A stretch of 64,000 bases of DNA from Gekko japonicus (lineage: Eukaryota): positions 124,001 to 188,000 of the forward strand of contig NW_015160922.1 of NCBI RefSeq assembly GCF_001447785.1. The letters are read 5' to 3'. The notes under the pieces are model-generated. The model was not told where the DNA came from and ran no database searches. It was given only the letters and a program-made list of their open reading frames with translations. Both the position numbers and the translations under genes were made by a program. Position 1 is the first letter of the stretch. Each line of letters begins with the position of its first letter. Below, in pieces: positions 11,229 to 24,035 of this stretch.

Positions 11229-14200
11229 GAAGAAGGTCCCCAATATATCTAGCCCACTTCACAGGCAAAACGGACCAGAGAGAATACCTCAAGGAACAGT
11301 TGCCACTTACTGTTATACACATCCCCTTTTTCTGGAAGGGTAAGCCCATGTCATTTATTTGCCAGTACAGGCCTGTGTTCCAATCTGTACAGAAGACAGC
11401 TGCTTCCTCCAGTATCACAGAGATCCCTGGATCCCCTTTAAATCTAGAAGCCAGTGTGTGTAGTGATTAAAGTGTCAGACTAGGATCTGGGAGAGCCAGG
11501 TTTGAAACTGCTCACTCTGCGGTGGAAACTTCTGGATGACCTTGGGTCGAGTCACACACACACAGGGTGCCTAACCTACCTATCTCACAGGGTTGTTGGG
11601 AGGATAAAATGGAGGGGATGATGTAAGCCACTTGGGGTCCCCACTGGGGAGAAAAGGTGAAGTATAAATGAAGCAAATAAGTTACTTAACTAAATAAGTA
11701 AAATAATAAATTTAAAACTAGTTAGCCCTCGCCCTGACAGCCCTTCCCCTGACCAGAGCTTAACCCCAAACTCCATTTCCATAGTCAACAGCTGAAACAC
11801 AAACAGCTGAAAAAAGTCTCAGAGCACGCACAGAGTTCCTCTGACAGCTGGCATGGTGTAACAGTTGGAATGTCAGACTAGAAGACCCAAGTTCAAATCC
11901 ACACTTTGCTATAGAAGCTCACTGGGTGACCGTGGGCCAATCATATTCTCTGTCAGCCTAACCTACCTTATAGGAGGAAGAAGAAGAGATTAGATTTATA
12001 CCCCGCCCTTCACTACCCGAAGGAGTCTCAGAGTGGCTTACAAACTCCTTTCCCTTCCCCTCCTTTCCCTTCCCCTCCCCACAACAGACACCCTGTGAGG
12101 TAGGTGGGACTGAGAGAGCTCTGACAGAAACTGCTCTTTTTCAAGAACAGCTCTGACAGAAATATGGCTTGCCCAAGGTCATCCAGCAGCTGCAAGTGGA
12201 GGAGTGGGGAATCAAACCTGGTTCTCCCAGATTAGAGTCCGTGCACTTAACCACTACATCAAACTGGCTATCACTGGTGGTTGGTTGTGAGGATGAAAAT
12301 GGAGATGAGGGGAAAAGTTACAGTAATCTGCTTTGGATCCTCAGTGGAGAGAAGAGCAGAGTATTAATATCCATGTTAAAAATAAATAAAAGCACAGGCA
12401 GCCAGTTTGCCCCTCCCTTTCCCTCCCACACACATTCTGGATCACCGGAGGTGGCATTCCAGGAGAGAAGTCCGAACTTACAAAAAGGCTCAAGGCCCAA
12501 GTGCTTCTCTCACTTGCTCTCTTTGTGCTTCTCTCACTTGCTGTCTTTAGAACAAAGTCTGAGTTGGGGGGGGGGCACCTTGCAGACCAACAAAATTTAA
12601 TTCTGGGTATAAGCTTTTGGTCTTAAAGGCACCACTGGACCCAAATGTTGTTCTGTTGCTTTAGACCCACATGGCAACCCACCTGAATCACTCTCTTCAA
12701 ACCCCTGAACGTTGCCCTCGGCTCATACATGCTTTCTACCTCAGCTAGGCAGACCCACACATGCCATAATCCCGGTTTTGCCATCCGAAAGAGAGCTAGA
12801 TTAGGAAAAGGCTAAGGACATGACCCACATCCAAATCCCAGATTGACCACAGACTCACCGAGCACCCTCGGGGCAACATCTCATTCTCCACACACACTTA
12901 ATAATAGGGGGCTTAATAGCCGATTGTAGTTTCGGTGTTTTGAACACTTGGTATATTATGTAATTACAGAATTTTGTGGCGAAGGGTCAGGGGTGATCTG
13001 TGCTGTCAGCTGCTCCTGACAGAATAAAGGGGGGGATGCTATTTCTGGGGGGGGCATCTATTGAAGGATGTTGCCAAGGCCCCGTTTACTGCAGTACTCC
13101 AGGAATTCCATAGCCTCCCGGCACTGGCAGAGATACAAATCCCGGCATCCATCAGCCGCATTAATAGTGGATGGTTTTGGTAAGGCCTTTATCCCTCATG
13201 CAACAAACTTTGCCCTTTGCATCGTTATCCATTTACTTTTGTCGGCAGGTAATATAGCTACTCTATTGTTATCCGCTCTCCCTGGATACTGTAATGAAAT
13301 GTTGGTTTTAAATAAATTTTTGTTGCGATCTGAATGGCTGTTTATAAAATCGTAATGTATATTAGATTTTTAAATCGTTCTTGAGATTGTTGCATTATAA
13401 CTCTGGTGTTGTTGGTATTTTGGGTGTTAATTGCTAAAGGCTGTGAGCTAATGCCATAAGCCTTATGATGACTGGCTGAAAATCCTGGCATCATCTTCTT
13501 GCTTTATTTATTTATTTTTAATTACAAAAAGTGGAACAAATGGTCCATACAACCACCTCATGAGGCTAGGATGAGAGACCCTGAGGTCACCAAATGTTGT
13601 GGCAAAGTCAGAATTTGAACCCTATTCCCAGTCCAACACCGAAATCACCGGCAGCTGATCAGACTCAGGTTTTGCAGGCTTTTTACATTTCTGCCCGGCC
13701 CAAGACACTACTTCCTCCAGGACCCTGAACACACATGGACACACACTGAACACACATGGAATTGTCTTATATGGATCAGACCGCTGGCCCATCAAAGTCA
13801 ACATTGTCTACCTTGATTGATAGCAGCTCTCCAAGGTCTCAGGTGGGGATCATTCACATCACCCTAACCCTGATCCTTTGCACTGAAGAGGCCAGGGACT
13901 GAAACTGGGACCTTCGGTATGCAACGGCAGATGCTCTACCAGGGAGCCACTACCTCTTCCCTCAATACAATGCAGCTCCACAGAAATGGAGTGGGGGTGG
14001 GCATCATAAACAGATAGGGCATGAAAAGGCCAAGGGAGGCAGAAGAGTGTCCCTGTCAGTCTATGCTGCGCTTGGGAGCTGCGTGCGTTTGTTCACGAAC
14101 AAGCCAAGGTACATACAGCTGCAAGAAATACAAAAAACATTCTGAAATGCGCCTGGGACTCAAAATAGAATTAGGGAGGGGAGGGGACTTACAAATAGCT

Positions 14201-14559
14201 CTCGCGTGCCATTACTGGTCTCGCAAACCCTGACAGCTGCTTTCCCCAAAGCCTCCAACAAAACGACCCACCCATCCCAGACGCGTCTATTGCAACGAAA
14301 TGCAACCCACCAACAGCAGCGTCAGAAGCTGTTCAATATTAGGGAGGCAACCTGGGACTCCCTGCACGCCAATCCTCCACACTGAGCAATGCCCACATCG
14401 GCACCCCCGCCCCGCTCCCAGCCCTTCCCAAGGTTGATTCCCTAGTCCATGGCTTAAGAATCAAAGCCCCACGAATCCTCCCTGCCCTCCAAGCAACCAA
14501 GCCACCTGTTTCCTTCCCCATACCATGCCTCTGGGACCTCTTTCCCGATCCAAGCCCCC

Positions 14560-14930
14560 TCCGTGTCGGCCAGGTGCTCCGTTTCCCTCTTCTCTCGCAC
14601 CCCACCCCATTCCACGCTCCACCCTCCTCACTTACGGTCCTGTCTTCCTTTAATTGCGTTTCCCCAAGCACGCTCCCCTGCCTTGACGGCCCCTTTAAGA
14701 ATACTGAAGCCCTGATGCATTTCGTGCGCGCTCTCCCCCACGTGACCATCCTCCCCCGCAGGCTTGGTGGGAAATGTAGTCTTCAGGGTCAGGATGCGCG
14801 GGAAGAGCTCGCAGGGTCGGGATTTTATCAGGGCGCTCGAGTTTCCTGCTGTAAATTGCCTGCTGCGTGCGCGAAGACCGCAGTTCCTTTCTTGGCCTCA
14901 AGACATCCCAAATAAACGTCGCCATCCTAT
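14560..14930 (-). promoter_or_regulatory. SNX11: Probable SNX11 promoter / non-coding exon 1
   Basis: CpG-enriched; ZNF143-type TGGGAAATGTAGT 14768-14780; E-box/CLEAR-like CACGTGAC 14739-14746; minus-strand donor gtaagt at 14630-14635. Confidence 0.6.
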
Positions 14931-15660
14931 ACCTTCAATGCTGTTGTGTAGCACGATATCGAAGTTTTTTTTAAAAAATGGGGACTTGAGACCCCTTGAA
15001 ATCAATAGGATTTTCTTCCAGGAAAATGAACCTAGGATTGAGGCTCTAGAGTACGTCGTTCTCGACGAACATGCGTTCCAAAGTGTGGGTGGGTGCTGGG
15101 TAAAAGATTCCAGTGTTCTCTCTAAGCTGAGTTAGTGTGAGTTAGCTCACAGATTTTTAGCCTCCAGCTCACACATTTTTGTCTTCGCTCAGGAAGGATG
15201 GCTCCAGAGCAAACTAATTTATATAGTAGCCGAGACTCGCTCACAACTTTAATGCCAGTGGCTCACAAAGTAGAATTTTTGCTCAAAAGACTCTACACCT
15301 TAGAGGGAGCATTACCCTTCAGCAGATTTTTGTGCCAGACCTCCTCTGCAGAATGTAAAAGAGTACTCCATGCATGTTCATAAAGTGATTCCTTTTCACT
15401 CAATACAATTACAGTCAACCTGAACACTTCTGGGAAGGGCCATGGCTCAGGAGATGAGCATCTTGGCAGGCAGAAGCTCACAGGTTCAACCAGCGGCATC
15501 TTCAGTTCAAACAACCGGGCAGGAGGTGATGTGAAATACCTCTGCCTGAGACTCTGGGGAGCTAGCTAGTGCCAGTCAGAGCAGTCAATACTGACCTTGA
15601 TAGACCCATAGTGTGATTCAGTTTCAGGCAGCTTCATGTGTGTTCATGTATGATTAGGTT

Positions 15661-17091
15661 CAGGGCCAGCCCGAGGTTTTTGGCGCACCCCCCCCCACGC
15701 GTGCTCAATTACGGGGTTGCCAACCTCCAGGTGGGGCCTGGAGAGAAGGAAGTCCCCGATCTGCTGCAGCTGGTTCAGTGCCTCTGCTGCTGGCGGCCGG
15801 CCCAAGTACCCATCCAGGCGGCTTGTGGGGAGCAACAGAACTCCGCGCAACTGGATCCTCCTCCTCCCCCGACGGTCGGTCGGCAGGCCTGGGGGGCCAC
15901 GCGCACTGCTCTCTTCTCTTCCCTTCTCTGTGGTGCCTGGCGCCCGGGGTCGAGGCGGAGAGCGAGGCAGGCGGAAGGGTAGCGCATCAGCGGGGGAGGG
16001 CAGCCAGGTGGCTTGGGGAACTCCACGTGACTGGATCCCCCTCCTCCCCCGACGGCCGGTCAGCAGGCCCCGGCAGCTATGCGCACCGCTCTCTTCCCTT
16101 CCCTGTGCTGCCCGGCGCCGAGGGGGCCCAGGAGGCAGAAAGCGAGGCGGGTGGAGGGGTGGCGCATCGGTGGGGGAGGGCGGCCAGGCAGCTTGGGGGA
16201 CTCCACGTGACTGGATCCCCCGACGGCCGGTCAGCAGGCCCTGGCAGCCATGCGCGCCACTCTCTACCCTTCCCTGTGCTGCCCGGCGCCAAGGGGGCCC
16301 AGGAGGCAGAAAGCGAGGCAGGTGGAAGGGTGGCACGTTGGCAGGGGAGGGTGGCTGGGCGACTGCAAAGGGCAGCCTTGTCTGCGCAGACTGGCAGCAG
16401 CTCCCCGAGTCCTTCCCGGCACCTTGGGCACACCGTCACGACCTCTGAGGCCCACTTTTGAGCCGCCCTGCCGCTAGACCCTTCAGGCAGCACCTCTGCC
16501 TCCTCCCCGCCCTGCAGGCCACGTGGGCGGCAGGGAGGGGGCGCTTCCTCCCCCCCCTCCCCACTCCTGATGGAGCAGCGGAGAAGGAGACGGCAGAGGC
16601 ATAGGGCTGCCAAGTGGGGGCGGGGGCAGGTAAACCCCCGCTTTGGAGGCCCAATTTCCGCCGCCGCAGAATCGGGCCCCGGGGGGAACTCCGCCCCCCG
16701 AAGCGCAGTGTGCCTGTGTCACCGGAGGTGACGTAACCACGTCGATCACGTTGGGGGCGTGGCCCTGATCGTCGGAGGGAAAACTCTATGGTTTCCCCTC
16801 CGACGATCGGGGCCATGCCCTCAATGTGATCGATGTTGAGCGTCACTTCTGGTGACATGCTGGCAGCGCGCGCACATGTCCACCTACGGCTCCCGGAGCC
16901 CGGCGAGGTTTCCCCGCCGCCAAGCTAAATAGACTTGGCAACCCTACAGAGCAAAGTGAGGTGGTGGTAAGGGGTGCCCAGAAAACAATGCTGGGGTCGG
17001 GCGGTTGGTGGTGGAAGGGGCCTCCCGGCGCCTCTAGGGGAGCTGCGCTCTAGGCCGAGTACTAGTCAGCCTAGTGGGTGGGCCGGCCCTG
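15661..17091. mobile_element. 1.43-kb composite non-autonomous hAT element
   Basis: TIR cagggccagcc / ggccggccctg; perfect TSD ATTAGGTT (15653-15660, 17092-17099); internal 180-bp x3 repeat and 140-bp palindrome; no transposase. Confidence 0.88.
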
Positions 17092-17781
17092 ATTAGGTTT
17101 CAGGACTACTAGGCAGATTTGAATCTTGGCACCTCTCATCAGAGATAAGAACAGTGCATCATGTACACAGATCAGTTCCCCTGCAGGAAAAAGAAATGGT
17201 TGCTTTGGTGGTAGGGTTGCCAACCTCCAAGTGGTGGCTGGAGAGCCCTCGCTATTTCAACTGATCTCCAGGTGACAGAGATTAGTTCTGCTGGAGAAAA
17301 TGGCCACAGTGGAAGGTGTACTCTGTGGCATCATGCCCCATTGAAGTCCCTCCCCCCCTAAACCCCACCCTCCTCAGGCTCCACCTCCCAAATCTCCAAG
17401 TATTTCCCAACCCAGAGCTGGCAGCCCTATTATATTCAGCTGAGGCCTCTCCCCAGACCTTGCATTCCCCAGACACCCCCCCTCCAAAATCTCCAGGAGT
17501 TCCCCTACCTGTAGCTGGCAACCCTGTAAGTCCCGTTGAACAAAATGGAACTTTTTTTTCTAAAGAGTGTGCTCAGGGCTGCAGCAGAGGTTGAGTCCAA
17601 GAAGAAGAGGAGGAGGAGGAGGAGGAGGAGGAGGAGAGATTGGATTAATTCCCTGCCCTTCACTCGGAGTCTCAGAGCACCTTACAATCTCCTTTCCCTT
17701 CCCCTCCCCACAACAGACACCCTGTGAGGTAGGTGGGGCTGAGAGAGCTCTTTCGAGGACTGCTCTTGAGAAAACAGTTCT

Positions 17782-18035
17782 TTTAAAAAAAAAAAATTAT
17801 TTATGAAATTTGTTATTTTATACAGCCACATATTTGACACTTTCTTTATATTTTCAGAGTCTTTTACATAAAGTTATTTTCCCACCATTTATACACTCTT
17901 AACCATCTGTTTTAGAATAGGGTTTCATCTTTCCCATGAATTAACATAGTTAATTTGTCCATTTCTGCAGTGTCCTGCAGTTTCAAAGCTATTTCCTGTC
18001 TAGAGGGTAGTCTCTCATTTTTCCAATATCAGGCT
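17782..18035 (-). mobile_element. L1-type LINE 3' fragment inserted in a Squam3-like SINE
   Basis: Minus strand reads ...YWK..P...K..DTAEMDKLT...W..VYKWW (L1 ORF2 C-terminus-like); flanked by gagaRaacagttct duplication. Confidence 0.6.
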
Positions 18036-20659
18036 ATTGAGAGAACAGTTCTGTGTGAACTTGTGACTGACCCAAGGTCACACCAGCAGCTGTGAGGAGT
18101 GGGGAATCAACCCCCCCCAAATAGTTAAAGACCACTGAAGAACAAAGTGGCCCTATAGCACAGTGAGTTGACTTTTGTGAGCCAATATTGAGTATCAATA
18201 CAAATTACATTAACAAGAGAAAATCATTTATTTTTCCACCTCAGACACCATGATGTCCCTGCCTTGAAAATGATAGTCTACCAGTGCAGTTCTTCTACGT
18301 CAGTTGAGGTCAATGGGGTTAGAAGGTGAAACTCTGTTAGGATTGCACGGTCTGCAAACAAGCCCAGGCAGGTCTACTCAGATGTAAATCCTAGCTTATT
18401 CAATAGAACTTCCAAGAAAATGTTTTTAGGATTATTCGACACATGCCCTTGTTTACTAGCAACAGCCCATATTTATGGTATTCATCTGGGTTAAGCCATG
18501 ACCCCTATATTCTCCCCACCCCCTTAAGAAACCCTGTCAACATTTTTGCATGAGTTGCTAAAGTTGTCAGTGTCCCTTCAGGATCTGCCTCACTGGTCTG
18601 TCATTTGCTCAGAAGTTACATTTCAGAGGGGTCAGTAGAGCCCTTGGTATCAGAGGATGGACTTGAACGCCAACATGTCTTCCACATGGGCACTTCGTCA
18701 AGTTTCCTTCTCATTTCTTTTGCATGGTGTTTTCTCAGTGCTTTCCTTTCTCACCTGCCACTTCCTTCACCACAACTGGGAAGCTTTTTTCCTGGTAGTG
18801 GATAGAGGGAATGGTGGACAGGAAGGGAAATGGCACCAAATGTGGCAGGCACCAGATATGGGTGGGTAGGTATGGACAACCTCACCTTCCCCTCCACTTT
18901 CCCCCCAAAACCGCTTTGGAGAGTATCTTTTAGAAAAGATCTTCCCAAGGCAAGGAAAGAGAAACGGGTGTATAAAGAACGACTCCAAGCGACCAAGATC
19001 AGTTCCCTGGAGAAAATGGCTGCTTTGGAGGGTGGACTCTATGGCCTTATTTCCTGCTGAAGTCCCTTCCCTCCCCAAACCCTGCCCTACCCAGGTTCCA
19101 CCCAAATCAGAGCTGGCAACCCTAGGAATGATAGGATGTGTGGAAGCCCCAAAACAACTGAAGCAGTTTAGCAGACAAAACAACAAGAGCTGCTTGTGTA
19201 AGCGACCAGTGTTCCCTCTAAGCTGAGTTAGTGTGAGATAGCTCACAGTTTTTTAGCCTCCAGCTCACACATTTTTGTCTTCGCTCAGGAAGGATGGCTC
19301 CAGAGCAAACTAATTCATGCAGTAGCCAAACTGCTCGCTCACAACTTTAATTCCAGTAGCTCACCAAGTAGAATTTTTGCTCACAAGACTGCACAGCTTA
19401 GAGGGAGTACTGGAAGCGACCCAAAGTACGATGTGATGCAAAGCCTTTCATTTCACACAATGCAATTGTTGACAGCCTCCTGTAGAACAATATTATCTTC
19501 TATATCTCCAGCCAACATAGGAAAAACATATTGGATTGTACGTTAGTAGAAAAAAGTTGATTGCAGAGCATGTAAAAGCAGCAAAGTGAAAATGACAGGC
19601 TGTTCTTGAAAATAAATGAAGTTTTAGGACCGAGCCTAACCTCATTCATTGTCTCTGGTTCCTGACCCGTTGGCCCATTAAAATGAAACCTGTATTCCAT
19701 TGTCCCTTTCCAAGTTCTGCTTCCTGGGCTGAATACAAAATTAATATTATTATTTTAAGATGTGGTAATAGTGGTTAGTAGATAAATGCACAGCCCTGAA
19801 AACAAATGCTTCAGGATGAAAGACAGATAACCCAAGGGGGGTTATCAATTATTGAAAGTGAGAGCTTTCGGGTTACACAGACGTTCTTTTCAGGTGCAGA
19901 ACTCAATGAGTTCAGAACGGAGCAGAGGGGGAAAGAAACCATAGTGAACAACCACAGTCCCGTGTGAAGCTCCTCTGGGCTAGCCCTATTGAAATCAATT
20001 GGTTTAGATTGAAACAGGAAAAGCAGCAGCATTTGACAGTACAAGCCTATGCAAAAATATATTCTACACTAGAACCACACTATTAAACATCGTTTCTTTT
20101 CCTTTCTTGTGCACGACGATCCTAATCCACTTTAGAAACAAATCCAAATTTTAGAAGAAGAAAATGGAGCTTCGTACCCTGCAGGATCTACTAAGGTTCC
20201 GTCGGGCGTGGGTTGCCTTGTTTTGCACAGCATTGACAGTGCAATCCACAGAACACTTTCCTGGTAGTAAGTCCCACTGAGTAGACTTGGATTCTGAGTA
20301 GACCTGTTTGGGGTTGCTTAGTTAAGGTTGGGTGAGCTGGGCCAGAGCTGATGACCGGTTGGATTTTAATTAGAATCTGTTGTTACTATATTTATTTGTA
20401 TTTATCGGTTTTAGTATCTATTTTAAGTTTTAGTTTTAGTGCTGTGTATGTTGAAAAGAGTCGGACTCGACTGTGCGACTGAACAGCAACAACAACATGT
20501 TGTGAACTGTCCCGTCCTCTCTTGAGGAGAGGGTGTGGGTTATAAATTGAATAAACAAACAAACAAATACCTGACTAACTAAAACTTATACCCTGGAGAA
20601 TGTTGTTAGTTTTTAAGGTGATACTAGACTCGCGTTGTGTTTGTAACCATAACGCCTAA

Positions 20660-21149
20660 AAAAACTACTTCTCCCAGGGAGCAAAGCGAAAGAGGGGCAA
20701 CTTTGCGAGCGCATAGTCTACCCCTGCCCCGTTGTTCCTGGGAGTTGTAGTATTCTTGGAATTGGAGACGGGGGGGGGTGAGACTCACACAGAACGCTAT
20801 CCGCTCCCAGAAGGCCGCGGGCGATGGGCCTCGGAGGGGAGGGGTTAGAGGCTGGGCGGAGCATGCGCGGTGCTTCTCGGCGGGTAGAGGGGTTGCAGCG
20901 CTCTTTTGTTTGGCGGAGGTGGATTGAGCGCGGGAGGCCCGTCGTCCAACCGTCTGTCTTTCTCTCTCGTTCTGTTCCTTTTAAAACTTTTAAACGCCGA
21001 CCTCCTTTCCCCGGCCGCAGGCTCTTCCTCCGCGCCGCGTTTTGTTGACTGTTTTCCGCTCGTGCGTTCGTGGTGAGGCTGAACCAGGTAAAAAAAAAAA
21101 AAAGGCGCTGAGAAAGGGAGGGGGGGGAGATGCTGGACCGGAGAGCGCG
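20660..21149 (+). promoter_or_regulatory. CBX1: CBX1 CpG-island promoter and non-coding exon 1 (donor after 21087)
   Basis: High CpG density; ZNF143/SBS-like ACTACTTCTCCCAG 20664-20677 and CTGGGAGTTGTAGT 20738-20751; CAG|gtaaa donor at 21087/21088; runs into N gap. Confidence 0.75.
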
Positions 21150-21233
21150 NNNNNNNNNNNNNNNNNNNNNNNNNNNNNNNNNNNNNNNNNNNNNNNNNNN
21201 NNNNNNNNNNNNNNNNNNNNNNNNNNNNNNNNN
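21150..21233. other. Assembly gap (84 N)
   Basis: N run. Confidence 1.
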
Positions 21234-23865
21234 GGGATTGCTCTCTTAATAACGTTTAATAGGGGGGTGGGCGGGACTCTCCAAAGGCTCTCAGGGGTTC
21301 ACTCGTTACTCAAAGCGATATTTTCAAAAGCCTCACTTACTTAAATTGCACACACACACACACACCGTTTAGACTGCAGTGACTTCGGTTTGCCTCTTGG
21401 GTTTGGGGGTCTCCCCCCCCCCCATTGGCTTTCCAAGTCCTGTATTCCTAACTGGTTTCCTTTCCCTGCCTTTTCTTCCAACTCTGCATTTGCTCAACTG
21501 ACTTAATGCGAGGGGGGGGATAAGGGAGGGAAGTGGAGGATGCTGGAGGGGGGCGGGTAGCCTTGAAAAGGGGGGAAATGCATGGATTCTAGAGGGGTGC
21601 ATTATGGGTCTTTGTTAAATGGATATTTTGAGGGAGGGGGGGCTTCCAAAGAGTGGATTGGATGAACTCTTTAAACGTTGTGGCAGGGGTTGGCTTGTTA
21701 CAGATTTTGTTTTTTAAGTCCAGTGGTACCTTGAAGATGAACCAGATTTATTTAAATGTGAGGTTTTGTGAGACAGAGCTCACTTCAGATGTGAATGGAT
21801 AAGTGTAGATTATGGAATGGAAGAGACTATGATTATATTGTGTAGTGTGTGGAAGGAGAGTCTTTTCATATTTGGAGGTGAGAAATATAGGGTTGCAAAG
21901 GAGCATAATCTGGGTTTTTCTGAATTGGGGGAGGGAGGGACTGTTTTAAAGTAACCTAGAGGGAATTACAGGGGGGCGGGTACAAGGCTGAAAGTGTGTA
22001 AAAAGTGAGGGAAGCCCATTTCTTAATATGGGTGTGGACACCAAATAGGTTTTTTATTCCCTAAAAGGGGGGGGGGGAGTGGATTTACTTATTTACTTAA
22101 TTTGCATTTTTTACTTCTTCCTCCAAGGAGTTCAAGGTGGTATACACCATTTTCTTCACCTCCTTTTTAGTCTCACAGCAACAAGGGTACTCAGTACGTT
22201 TTGTGGCAAGTGGAGATTTAAATCTGTTCTTCCTAGTCACTCTAAAAGTGTTGAGGGTGGAGTGATAATGATGGTATTTTGTGGAGGCAGGCTGGGTACT
22301 TGGGGGAGGGGCCTTATGGGCAAGGTTGGAGTGGTGGGAAGTGGGGGATATTGGTGAATTGATTGGTGGAGGGGGCTAAACATAAAGTATTTAGTGGCTG
22401 CTGGGGGGCTGTGCAAAGATGTAAAAAGGGAGGAGATATGCATTTCAGGGAAGATAGTCCTTGTGATCCTGGCCAAAAGACTGATTGGCAATGGGGACTG
22501 AGATGGCAGTGTTGGGCGAACTGGAGAAGTATTTTTCAGTAGACTGTTGCATGCTGGGGTTCATTGTTTTGGGAACTGTGCTAGTGCAAGATATCCTAGG
22601 CAGGAGTGTATGATAGGTGGGCATCCATTGATTTGCAGAGGTGCCAGTATTCCTTAGCAGTGCATTTAGGGAGTTGAGTTGAGTAGGAATGCTGGGGGAA
22701 GTCCCTACTGTGTGTCACGGGTAGATTCCAGATACAAATCACAGAGATACAAGGAATAACTTGGTTGGACTTCTAGGAAAGGGCAGGGGGTGTATATGAT
22801 GGGCTCAGTAGATTAACTATGGGTATAGGTATGGTCAGTACCTGAATGGTAGAGACAGGCAATGGCAAACCACCTCTGAATATCTCTTGCCTCAAAAACC
22901 TATGCAGTTGCCATGTAAGTCAGCTGCAACTTTATGGGGGGGGAGGGGACTGCTACAGATTAGATAGAAAATGCAATGGGGCAATACTGGAGATGGGTGG
23001 ATGTGCTCCTGGGCAATCTGGTTTGTAGTGATGGTGGGAGTTGTGGAAATATATTGGGTAGTAGGGAGGAATGTGACGTGAATAGTAGAAGAGGTAATGG
23101 TAGAGAAGTGCTAGAAACAGAAAGACTTATAGAGGGTCATTTGGGGGAAGTCACCTTAGAAGTGAATGGATTTAGAGCATAGCCACATTGACCATTCTTG
23201 GTTAGGAGAGAGCCATAAATAAGTAGGTGAGGGTGAGAAGAAACCTGATAATGTAGATGTGGTAAAGAATCTCTTTAAAATAAAAATCAGTCTTGGTGTA
23301 TATATTTCAGTTGATGGCAGGTCTGCTTGTTAAGATAAAGTGGTGTTAAAAGGTAATCAGTTGGGTCACTATTTGGAAGGTAACCAGGCAACAGCATTGT
23401 AGGATGTGCCTCACTTTGGCAAACAGAGGGTTGCATGCATGCGGTCACATGAGGGGATGTTTATTATTTTTAAACCCTGCTTTTCCTACTCTTGGGAATC
23501 TGAAGACCTGTTTTGCTAAAGAAAGTGTCTTAAGCCAAGCTGGCTTCTTTCTTGAACCTCACAATTAATGTTCATGTACCCTACAGTTCGTAGCTGGTAG
23601 TAATTTTAATATCTGCCATAGGAATCCTTCCCCCCTCCCAGCTGTCTTGGCTTTGTGGCCTCCAGATCCCAGTTTCATCTGTGCTCGTGCAACTCAAAAG
23701 TTTGTAGCCAACATTTTGAACTTCAGCTGTTTCTGTAAAAAATGTCCCTTAATTTGGCCTCCGCACTCAAGTCACCGGCTCTAGATATATAGCCCAAGGA
23801 AAAGGTATATGGGGTGAGCATTTGTGTGGGTAGAAGAAGAAGAGCTGGTTTTTATACCCCACTTT

Positions 23866-24035
23866 GGGAAGGTAATAGCGTTCCGTGCGCCTTGGTGTTT
23901 AGTCATGCCGGCCACATGCCCACGGAAACGTCTTCGGACAGCGCTGGCTCTTCGGCTTTGAAATGGAGATGAGCACCGCAACCCTAGAGTCGGATTTGAC
24001 TGGCTTTCGAGCAAGGGAACCTTTACATTTACTTT
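23866..24035 (+). mobile_element. 5'-truncated Sauria SINE nested in a Squam3-like SINE
   Basis: Matches 3' half of the 37571-37912 copy; ACCTTT-like tail. Confidence 0.75.

Noticed and set aside
15644-16613. Long 178-243 aa ORFs on both strands
   Set aside because: Arise from GC-rich 180-bp repeats inside a TSD-flanked hAT element; no domain or splice support
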